A stretch of 64,000 bases of DNA, from contig QPMI01000429.1 of the NCBI GenBank assembly GCA_004431415.1, forward strand, positions 1 to 64,000, in the 5' to 3' direction. Both the position numbers and the translations under genes were made by a program. This document shows, one piece after another, positions 20,006 to 30,665 of the stretch; the stretch's first letter is position 1; each line of letters starts with the position of its first letter. The notes under the pieces are model-generated. The model was not told the origin of the DNA. It made no database searches and saw nothing but the letters and a program-made list of their open reading frames with translations. The stretch is from Cyanophora paradoxa CCMP329. Its lineage: Eukaryota; Plantae; Glaucophyta.

Positions 20006-20078
20006 ACACATATGAATATTCATATTTTAATCCTGAGGCGGAACGCCGAGGGATTAAAATATGAATATTCATATGTGT
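20006..20078. repeat. Terminal hairpin at virus/host junction
   Basis: Perfect 28-bp inverted repeat (20006-20033 / 20051-20078) around tgaGGCGgaaCGCCgag; each arm contains the 16-bp palindrome ATATGAATATTCATAT. Confidence 0.95.
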
Positions 20079-20535
20079 TCTGTGCGGCAAGAGCTTCCTC
20101 TCGTGTGGCTGCACCGCCGAACTGCTCACGACGCTGCACGCCGGCAATCACATCCTCCTCGTCCTCGGAAAATGGCTCTGGATCCGGAACGCCGTCACTG
20201 GTGCGGTTTTCGACTGCTGGGGCGGCTGGCGCCTTGCGCTTGTTGCTGGTTGACTGACGGCCACTTGGCGTTGGAGTAGGCGCCGAACCGTTGTCCTCGC
20301 CGCCGGAGTCCGCCGCCTCGGTCACACGCGTGGAACGGCGAGCTCGTGGCTGGGCGGATGCGGTCGGCCGCGGACGGGCTGTCTTGCGGGAGCCCGTTGC
20401 GGAAGACTTGCCCTTCTTGTTCGACCCCGCCTCCGCGCAGGCCGCCAAGAGGCTGAAAACGACGACGACGAGAACAAGTGTGACCACCAGAGGGGCCCAG
20501 CTAGGGCCCCTCCCACGACGAGCCACGCGACACAT
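20079..20535 (-). pseudogene. 5' part of an ORF truncated by the viral insertion
   Basis: MCRVARR... with a hydrophobic segment then a low-complexity region reads open straight into the hairpin; product unknown. Confidence 0.5.
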
Positions 20536-21212
20536 CTTCACTGCTTCGCGCGAAAGAAGACTGAAGGTTGTACCCCTAACAATCATTGTATAGAATCAAG
20601 GCTGCTTACGGAGTGGCAGGCATACAAAGTCATATGCTACGCGTTCGCTCGCATATTCAGTAGTTTCGAAAATGCGGCCGAATGTTCACTCGAATGTTCA
20701 TTGTTCAATGAAGGGACTCGAATCGGTCGCGGCTCACGACTTGAAGGAACAGTAATTATTATAAAAACAGAAGAAAAACGCGATTGCGCCATCGCCGTTA
20801 TCGGGAACAGCGAATACGTAAAACATTACTGATTCGAATTCGAAGACTTTTCGAACCGGCCTGCCGCGCCGCGGACCGGACCGTCGGACGCCCGGCGGCC
20901 CCGCGCCGCGGGCCCGCGCGCCCCGTCGCTGCCGGGCGGCAGTGCCGGCTCGCCGCCAACGGCGCCAAGTCGCCGGCGGCCGCGCCGCCAGTGCCCGCCA
21001 CTGGTCACAGTGGTAGCGCTAGCTCTGTTACGACGTCGACGTCGGAGTCACGGTCGGACTCACGCCGTTCGACGCACTTACACTAATTCAGTGAGATCTA
21101 GAGCTCGAGTCACGTGGACTGTCAATCGCAACTCATGATCACTGATTGCGATTATTAACTCAATTGACGGCGACTTGCCAAAGTTGCCATGCAGGAACGC
21201 TTTTCAGACTCA

Positions 21213-21513
21213 GGCTGTGATCCGGTAGGGAATCCTTAAGCGCGGATAGCTTAAGGTTTCGTCGCTAGCTTGACTCCGTTCCGAACTAGTTCGACTCCTA
21301 GCGAATTACTAGGAGCACCAACGTAGAGGTTTGCTAAGCTTTGCTCTAAGCTAAGCGAAATGTGGCTTGGCGCCGGTATGGCCATACCAGCGTCAAAAAA
21401 CTTACTAAATCGCAATCGCACCTTCCGGAATGACGTAATGGTACCTCCGCAACGGCGCTAAGTACCAGCCAAATTGCTAAGCTTAGCTAAAAACGCCCTT
21501 CCGGATCACTGCC
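21213..21513. mobile_element. MITE, PIF/Harbinger-like
   Basis: Terminal inverted repeats ggctgtgatccggtaggg / cccttccggatcactgcc (2 mismatches) flanked by the 3-bp direct repeat TCA (21210-21212, 21514-21516); no ORF. Confidence 0.7.
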
Positions 21514-21867
21514 TCAGGCCCCTCCTCAGGAGAAATTAACTTAGTCATAATTACTAGTCTTAGTAAACGCTTCTCAGGTCGTTTTCCCCATATGCATGCG
21601 TGGCGACTTGGAATCCGCCTGATCCGATGATCGATCATCGGATGTCGATCACCGTGGCTCCAGGCTCCAGCCTCCCAGGAGCCGCGGCCGGGCCGGCCCG
21701 GCGGGAGTTCCGGATCTGCTCGTGATCGATGACGCTAGCGGCGGCCGGGCGACGCTGGCAGCAGCGCGCACAGTAATTATAACGTAGCCTCGGTATGCTA
21801 CGAACGCATACAGCAGCAGCAGCCGCCATCTACGTATACAGCTACGTATACACTGGAGAGTGTGATT

Positions 21868-24155
21868 ATGAGGGAGCCCGGCCGCGGAGCAGCGCGACAA
21901 ACCAAATCGCGATCGCAGAATAACCGCGTGCAGGTACGGCCGCGGGCAGTTCCTCACCGACTTAACATTGCTGTGAAACGGCGTTAATCGCACTGGCCGC
22001 ATGTGCAGGGAATAAACTGCAGCTGGTTCGCGGTTCTGATTACGTGTCATGTGTGTCTGCAGCTGCCTGTTCTGTAAACGTTGACGTTTTCGACGCGGGG
22101 TCGCGCACGCGCAGGACTGTGGAAGAAGATGATAGACTGCGAGAGCTCGTTGCACAACACGGAACAAAGGATTGGGTTCGTCTCTAGATCTTCTGGCCGC
22201 TTCTAGGTTTATTCCGCTAATACAAAGACCGCTAGGTCCTGATAACGCAGCTGCTAGGCGTACGGAGAAAAAGCAAGCAGGTAGGCATTGCATATTGTGA
22301 TCATGATCATGAGTTGCATGATAAGAGCGTGTTGGCCGGCACCGCTGCTGTTTATGGGACATCGATGCATTCACTGATGCGCTCGCAGGTTCGCGAGAGA
22401 TACATAAATCACGGTTCGCAACTTGGCAATCACCCCCGGGGGCACATGCATATGCAATGCCGGCGCCTAGCTATGCATAAGGGCACTGCGGCACATGCGC
22501 GTTCACGCCATAAATATGTGTGCATGAATCTGCCCGGCGTGCGCATTCGAATTTACCGTGGCACGGCGCGTTGCTCACAAGCATCCCCGCTTCGAATTCT
22601 TCAGTCGACCCGAGCGTGCGGAAAGATCCATGGTGCGCGTCGCATCCTTTTGTGTCGACGTCAATTGCGATTTGTCGCGGTCGTCGATCCCGATACGACT
22701 CTAATTATAATTATAACTATATTAAGAGAGCTCGGGGCGCAGGACCGAGGAAGAAGATCAGTTGATCGCGACTTTGCAGGCGAAGGTAAACCAATTCGCC
22801 GGCCTGGCCATGGCCCCCGGCGACTTTAATTTTCTCCCGTACGTCCCGGGTCTAAAATTAAAGCTGACGCGTACGTGCGCGTGGCTCTGCGCAGCTGGGC
22901 AACGCGTGGGTCCAAATCGCACCATACCTTCCGGGCCGCAGCGAGAACAGCGTGAAAAATCGTTGGAACTCCTCGATAAAGAAGCGCCTGCAGGTTCGAA
23001 TTCGCCTTTGTGTGCAATTGCAATGCGTGCGCTCATGAGCAGCAGAGCGGCGAGCTGCGGCCCGGGGCGATGCCACGGGGCTACGTAAGCGCACATGCAC
23101 ACCGGGCGCGGCCAGCCAAGCGCGGCCAGTACACGTTGCGCACCAGGCGTAATGAGTCGGCGTCGAGATCGGGCGGCGACGTCGACGATCGCGACGTCGA
23201 AATCGAGGATCCGGAGCAGGGTTCGGAGCAGAAGGAGGAAGGCGAAGAAACGGAGGAGGAGACGCCAGCGCCGATGAACGACGACGAGCTCGAGGGCCTG
23301 GCATCGGCGCCGGCGCCTCGGGTGGCGTCGGGGGCGGGAGGGCGGTCGGATGACGGGGATCCGGATCCGGAGGACGATCGCGACGATGAGGCGGCGAGCG
23401 CATGCGGCAGCGACGACGCGCTGCCAGCGCTGCGGCCGCGGTGCCCCCTTTCGCGATCGGGGGCGATGTCGGACGGCGAGCGCTCCGCCGGCGACAGCAG
23501 CAGCCGCCTCCCGACGCCACCCCCGCCGCCCTCGCCGCAGGCGCCGGCGGCGCGCCCACGGCTCAAGCTAGCGCGAGACTCGCGCAGCACGCTCGAGCTC
23601 ACGCCGCCTCCGCCCAGTCAGCATCAACAGCGGCAGTCGCAGCTGCAGCCGTTGCAGCCGGCGCCGTCACAGCTGCGCAGGCCGCAGGCAATGCGGCTCC
23701 AGTTCGTGCACGTGACGGTACCGGTGGCGGTGCTCGTCCCCGCGGATGAGGACGCCTGCAGCGACGGCGCCGGCGACGTCGACGCATGCGTAGGCCTCCA
23801 CGCCTCGGCCGGCGCGGCGGCCTGCTGGCCGGTCTCCGGATCTGCCGTAAAGTCCGAGGGGGAGGGCCTCGCGATCGAGAACCAGCTCGATCTGGGCGCG
23901 GGACTCTCCGAGGCGTGCGGGGGGGAGTCCGGATCCGGCGCCCCCCCGGGAGACTTCGGCGCCGCCACGTGCACGCCGGGAGACCTAGGCCTCCTCGGCA
24001 CGGACCCCCTCTCCATGCAGCTCTCGCTGCTCCTCGCCTCGAGCTCCGCCCACGCCGCCCACGACCGCGGCCTGCAGGGGCCCTCCTTCGACCCCCCGCC
24101 CCCTGCATGCGCGCCTGGCGCTGAGTCCACCGCTGCCACTTTCGCTTTCTTTTGA
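21868..24155 (+). CDS. R2R3-type Myb transcription factor (multi-exon; start tentative)
   Basis: Exons joined at GT-AG sites give WTVEEDDRLRELVAQHGTKDW...KQVRERYINH.DPSVRKDPWTEEEDQLIATLQAKLGNAWVQIAPYLPGRSENSVKNRWNSSIKKR; long last exon within ORF 23010-24155. Confidence 0.92.
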
Positions 24156-25287
24156 GCGCACTACAGCTAGCGTCGACGTCGCGCCGCCCCGCTCCTCTTT
24201 TTCAAGGGATACACATTGGGCCGCCGGGGCGCCTTTTTCCTTCGCTTTTTCAATTAAATGTCAGGTCTACGTATACGTGCACGTATGTGCCGCGTGTCTC
24301 GCGTAGCTTATATAATTACCCTCATTTTTCGGATGCACATGTCAATACTATCTTTTTCAGTTACGTGGCTCACACTCATCTTAAGGAATGCGGGCGACTC
24401 GCCAACTGCCCCCCATGCTGTACTTGACGAGATTGATCAGAGGGCGAGGCTGACGTGCACGTGCCAGCCTAATTCTCCGGGATCCTGCACCAACGAACCC
24501 ACCTGCACGTGCGTCGACGTCTACCGCACGCGTCTGCAGCGCGTGGAAGAGGGTCTGTTGCGACGGCGAATAAGTTAATCGGACGTCAAAAATACCAGCG
24601 AGCCTTTCCGTCCCCGCTTTGATTTGCACGACAAGTTCGTGATGTGATGCTGGAGACGATTTTTGCAATTGCAATGAGCTTGGTCGCGATCAGGCGCACT
24701 ACTAGGGCTAGCTAGTACTCTGAGCCTAGCTGCTATTTTACGCAATCGCCCAGTGCGATCGGAAACCACAAGGGACCTTGCTTCGCGAACGGAAGGGAGG
24801 TCGGCCGCCGTGGGATTGCAGGAGGCATCAACCAGAACGTTCAACGATTCGAATCAATTGAGTCTCTCATATGCATAATATGCATACGATTCGAACGTTC
24901 ATATGCATAATAAAATTAGAGTCTCTCATGATATTGATCGCGATTCGCGATCAGTCAGAATCGAAGTCTTGAGGCTTCCGCTTTCCTTACCTGTTCTAGC
25001 TATATAGATCTAGAGGGGATACTTCCCCTAGGCCTGGCCGATCGCGAGCCTCGATCTCGCGCCCTAGCTCCTCTTCTAGATTATTTCTTGAGAGATTATT
25101 TCCCCACCATAGGCCTCCCATATACATATAGACTAGGCCTCCTCTATAGCTAGGCCTCCCGAGATATCGATCTGCTACGCTGCAGCTGCTCCCGCGCGCT
25201 CTTCCTAGGTCTCGAAGCTCGAGCGTTCCGACATTGCCGCGCCGATCGCGATCGGACCCGGAGAAATCCGATTGACCGAGCCCGGCC

Positions 25288-28200
25288 ATGCGCGGATCCG
25301 TCCTCTCCGCCGTCCTGTTGACCGCGGGCTTGAGTCTGCTGCTGCTTGCGGCCTTCAACACCAAGTTCTTTGACTCCTTCGTTGACCTTCATGAGCTGCG
25401 TGCGCGATTTACAACGCCACGCGGCCATAAGTATGCTCCTCTCGCGCGAGCTCGATCTCGATCTGACGCACGGGCCCCGGCCCGCCCGCGCGCGCGCTTT
25501 GCGCATGCGCAGCTCCAGCGCTGGACCCGCTGTCTGTGCCTTTCTTCGTGAACCAGGTGATCGCAAGCTCAAGCGCCTCGAGCTCGCAATCGAGCTCGAC
25601 TCCCGCCGTCCGCTGCCCGCGGCCGCGGGCGCGGGCGCAGGCTGCGCATATCCATGCACCTCATTGTACGCAATCACGGTGTTTGACGAAGATGCGCATG
25701 TGCAGCTCAAAAATGCGCTCGACCCGGATTTCGTTTGGAAGCTCGATAACTGCAGCGCCAGCTCGTTCAAGATCGCAGCACGGGAGGTCGGCTCATGTGA
25801 TTGACTTGCGCATTGTTAATTCGGCTTAATTACGAGCTTGAGCCGCGCATGCGCACGTGCCGGCGCCCGGAGCCGTTGCAGCTGACGCGAGTGCGGGCGA
25901 AGTTCGTGCAGGACCTGGGCCTCGGCACGGGTCCGACCCCGCTCTTCGGCTTCGGGGGGCTCGCGATCGTCCAGCTCGACGCCACCTACCCCGGCGCGCC
26001 CTGACCAGGAGCCGATTACGATCTTTAATTTCGAATTCATGTACATATCGACGTCGAAGTTGACGGCGCAACAGGACGCACGTTTGAAGTGAAGGCGGGT
26101 CTGGAGACGCGCGTCGAATGGATCAACGAGCTGGTCCGCTTCCGAACTTCGATTTCATGCTTCAACGCCGTTAGAGCTGCGCCAGAAATTCAAAAAGATT
26201 TTTGACGCTTGCACAGTGCGGACCCCTGGACACTGTTGATGTCGACCCGACAATCCACTGGGCACTCGGCGCCGCAAATCCACCGGGCATCTTCGGCGCC
26301 GACCCCTACAAAGGTCCTATGCCTATCGGTGATTGAGGCTCGATTGTGAAAAGAAAGAAGATATTATTTATTTTCGAAGCCGTCGTAACATGTGTACAAC
26401 ATTAATTTGAATTTACAGTGCATCTCTCATCAAACAGAATCTCCGCGTTCTTATTAAAAATTTAATAGAGCTGCATTTCGACCTTCATTTTATAAACTGA
26501 TTCATGCGCGCCGAAACAGCGCCACATCTGCACGGCGGTCGAACTGAGCCGGCATCTGACGGCCATGCGGAGGTAACGTAACGACCGTTTAAGCTTTGAA
26601 TTTAAGATTGATGGGCTGGAATTCGAAATGGAAGACCTAGGCCTCCCTGAAAATCTGTTCGACGGGTATCAGGCGTGGTACCTGGCGGAGGAAGCGCACC
26701 TCAGCTCGAGCGCCAAGTGCAGGGCCGCCCTCAGCGCCCTGGACCAGTACGGGGCCACCGTACGCCGCGGTGCGCTCGCTCAGTAGTAGTAGTGGAGTAG
26801 TAGTAGTGGAGGGCCGGGAATTTCTTCTGCAGCGCTCAACTCACGGGCGCGCGTGAAATTATAGGGCCTGCGTACGTCAAGCGGAATTTCACCTATTCAA
26901 ACGAGCAGGAAGCCGGCAACATCTGGTACCACGGTACGTCTAATCAATTGCATTTGATTGCGATTGACGACACCATTATTGGGTAATCTCCGGCACCCGT
27001 GCCGCGCCGGTAGATCACACGCTCGGGAACACTCGCCTTGGCGTGTATGCCGGCCTCGTAGGCTTCTACATCATCCGGTGACCATACACATCTGTTTAAA
27101 TCTCGCGACCGAAGGTAGCATAGCATCCATTGCTTGACTCGCGCCTGACCGTCTTGCAGTGATTCGCGAGACACGGGCACGACAGACGGGCCCCTTCCCT
27201 TCCCGGTCTACCCCTACGAGGTCCCGATCGCTATCCAGGACAAGGGTCAGCGCGCACGGTTGAATCAACAGCGCGACCAGTAGAACTAATTGCACGCGAG
27301 CATTAATCTCTCAGAATTCCACGAGGACGGGCGTCTCCGCCGGGCGCCGAGCACGAGGTCCGAGTTCTTCGGCAACGTCGTCCTCGCCAACGGGAAGGTG
27401 AAGCGAGTCGCCCGCAACCCGCTCTAGCGCTCGCGCTGCTGACAGAAGCTGCGCATGCGACGAGCCGCCTTCTCAAGCGTTGACGCGCGACCGATAACGT
27501 TAACGCAGGCGTGGCCGGTGCTCGCGGTCGAGCCGCGCATGTACCGCTTCCGGTCAGGACCTGCTTTTCTGATTTAATTTCTGTTGATCGTTTCGCTTGA
27601 CCGTCGAAAAGTCTCCTCAACGGCGCCGACTCGCGCTTTCTTCGCATGTGGCTCAGGCACGCCCCTTCCACCCCCTTACTAATCATGCCGGCCCCTGGCC
27701 GCGGAAAATAAGCATGCATATGTGTATGTGTATTTGACAGCGCTGTGCGCGCACACACGGGCAGCTACGCGGGAGGGACCCCGGACCCGCTCGGCCGCGC
27801 GAACTCGACCCTAGATGGCCTCGGGCCCGACGTCGTCCCCGTCTTCCAGATCGGCACGGACACGGGTCCGGATCCACGCGTCGGCAGCTCCGATCCAACC
27901 TTCGGGCTGATATTCGCGATCGCAAGCAGGCCTGCTGCACACAGCGGTGCCGATGATGGACACGACGAACGCGACTTGGGACAGCCGCCTAACCCTCGGT
28001 GCTAAACTCGAGATCGCCGGTTGAAGTCGAACATGTTTTTGCTATATATAAAATTCAAATCGAATCGATATCGCAGTCTAACCATACATAAATGTAAGCG
28101 TGCACTTGATTCCAGCTCGCGATCGCAGGCTCCGGCCAGCGCGCTGACATAATCATCGATTTCTCGAAACTCGGTGCGCGCGCACGCGGTTGCTGCCCCC

Positions 28201-30279
28201 GGCAAGCCACAGCACGCGCGCGCGCCGAGCGTGCCCTGGCGTCTCAGGGGGCCAGTCCGTCGTGCTCCGCAACGACGCCCCGAACCCTTTCCCCGCGTGC
28301 GTCGGGCCTGCGAGAACCGCGCTCGCTCGGCCCGTGCCCGATCTCATTCAGTTGTCGTCTACCTCCGGGCCGCCTGGCTGCCCAGGGGAGGCGAGCTCGA
28401 AGGCGGGCTCCGCATGTCCGCCCTCGTCAAGTTCGACGTCTCCCTCCCGCTGAACAACGACCCCGCCCTCGCCCTCCGCGACCAGCGGGTGAGCCCCGCG
28501 TACGCGTCTCATGATCAAAGGCGTCGTCCATCCATCGACTCCGATCCGATTCAATTACGATGTTCTCGTTATTGAATTTATGACCCGATATCGATCTAAT
28601 TTATGATCAGTGACGATGTTCTTGAATTTATCAATTTACCCGCACGTGCACCGCAGCTGGGCGCCATTTTGAAGGGCCGCGAGCCGCTCCGTCCTGATTG
28701 CACGTACGCGAGCCCTGATCATGAGAACGGCCTCGGAGAAGCCTTCGCGGTGGGCGCCCTCTCCGCTCGCGGCTTTAAATTTCGCGGCGAACGGTTAAAT
28801 TTACGGGTTCTGCATGCGATCATTAATTCTTTAAAACTGTTTGCGCAGTCGGATTGCAAGACCCGCGCGTTGCACTTGAAGACCGGCGCGCCGGAGGGCC
28901 TATCGCTTGGAGAGGTCTGCATGCGAGCCCCCGGCAACCGTGTCGGATGTACACTAATTCCGGTATGCTCGCGGCAGCACAAAGACAAGGCCGGCCGCAC
29001 GCAGCCGCTCGTCGGCACCGTCAACTTCACCGAGAGCGCATTCGAGTTCTCCACCGCAGCCGGCACGGCGCCGGCCCAGCTCTACCGCTGGAGCGTGCGC
29101 CCAACTCGAGCTCGAGATGTTTATGCAGTAGATCTTCAACCTGCAATTACCTGGCGTAAATCAAAGAGTGCAGAACCCGGTGACCGAGCGGGCGAACGAC
29201 AACACGTCTGTTCTCTACGACATCTGGAACCTGACGCGTTCGCCCTTCTTCAATCTCTTCCGACGCCCCCGCGGCCGGTCGCTCATATCTGCCGATCGCG
29301 ATCGCGAGAACAGCGGACTCGCACCCGATCCACTTCCACCTCGCCACCCTCCAGCTCATCCAGCGGTCCGCTGATTTCCGCGCAATTCAATCGCGGCCAT
29401 GGCCGGTCATGGCCAGGACGCTCTGACCGCGCTCAACAGGACGCTCAACGTGACGGCGCGTGTCGCCTTCCCCGACCACCCAATCGTGCCCATCGTGGGG
29501 GCCGCGCCGTATGACTTCTCGGTGAGATCCAGGTCTAGAATCGCTTGGATTCAGACGTAGTCGTCAAGTATCAAGAAACGACGCATTCATGCTCGACGCA
29601 GGGCGCGAAAATCGTCCCCCCGGACCCAAATGAGCTCGGCCCGATGGTGCGACAGTGCACTTAATCCGAATTCGAAGCTTAGCACGTACGACTCTGCAGC
29701 TGACGTCGACTCGATGGCGACGTGGGCGCAGGACACGATCAACGTGCCGCCGGGCTCGATCACCCGCATCCTGGCCCGCTACATGCTACCGTCCCGCCTC
29801 GACGCCGTGCGCCCCGAATCCGACGCAGCGCCTTTCGAGAACTCGCCTCTTCGAAACTCGCCTTTCGATTCGAATTCCCGGCTCTAGGGCTTACAGCCCT
29901 GGCCTGGGCCCCGCGCAGACGAGCTTCCTGCCGTTCGCGGACCACCCGGCGCAGTACGTCTGGCACTGGTGCGCTCGGCTACAGGATAGCGAAATATTCG
30001 TTGCGATCGCCTGATCACGATCATGCATATGATGTGTTGCGGGCGGCACTCGCACATGATCGATATCAGCCACGTTCTCTCGCACGAGGACAACGAGATG
30101 ATGCGGTGCGCGAGCCCCTCTGTGTTCTCAGTCAAATTGGATCTAAAACCCTCTCGCCTCGAGCGCGCAGACCCATCGACATTCTACCGAACAAACACTG
30201 CGTCGCCGATCGCGATCGCGAGGCGGCGAGCAAGGCCGACGTCAAGCTTAAGCCCCCCGAGGCCTACTGTAAGTTCTAG
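25288..30279 (+). CDS. Multicopper oxidase, CotA/bilirubin oxidase/LPR1-like (multi-exon, N-terminal signal/TM)
   Basis: Spliced copper motifs HLHGG..SDG (~26525), WYH/DHTLGNTRLGVYAGLVGFYIIR (26925-27080), HPIHFHL (~29320), YVWHC/HVLSHEDNEMMR (29955-30105); also DPTIHWA, EFFGNVVLANGK, YRFRLLNGADSRF. Confidence 0.93.
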
Positions 30280-30665
30280 AGCGGCTGGGAGCGCCGGGCG
30301 TCCCTTTTAGACAGCAGTTTGAATATATAAACGTGTCTGAATATTAATTCGAATGCATGCCATCGCCGAGTCGAGCTCGAAGATATCGACGTACATTGAC
30401 CGCGCGAAACCGACGTCGACGTCGACGTCGATTTCCGAATCTTCGCCTGAATAGAAGCGTGCATGCACAGAAGCGTGCACGTGCAAGTGTGCTCGCCAAA
30501 TGCAAGATACAAATACGGAGCGCACTCTATAGCTAACTATAGCTGGCTTTTACGACAACTTAAGCTTCGTCAGTCGAAACTACCAACAGTCACTTCCTGA
30601 ATGCGAGTATAAATATAAATACGAATAAGCCGCGTCCGGGGATCCGGGGTGCGCGGGCCGCGTGG

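Larger units (their letters stand above)
1..20078. mobile_element. Endogenous Polinton-like virus (PLV); left end not in window
   Basis: Abrupt AT-rich to GC-rich switch at ~20080; intronless tightly packed genes; packaging ATPase + MCP-like + penton-like + primase-helicase gene set; structured repeat/hairpin right terminus. Confidence 0.9.

Noticed and set aside
20585-20752. LTR (TGTT...TACA on the minus strand) upstream of the truncated ORF
   Set aside because: No second copy, no recognisable primer-binding site and no gag/pol motifs in the window.
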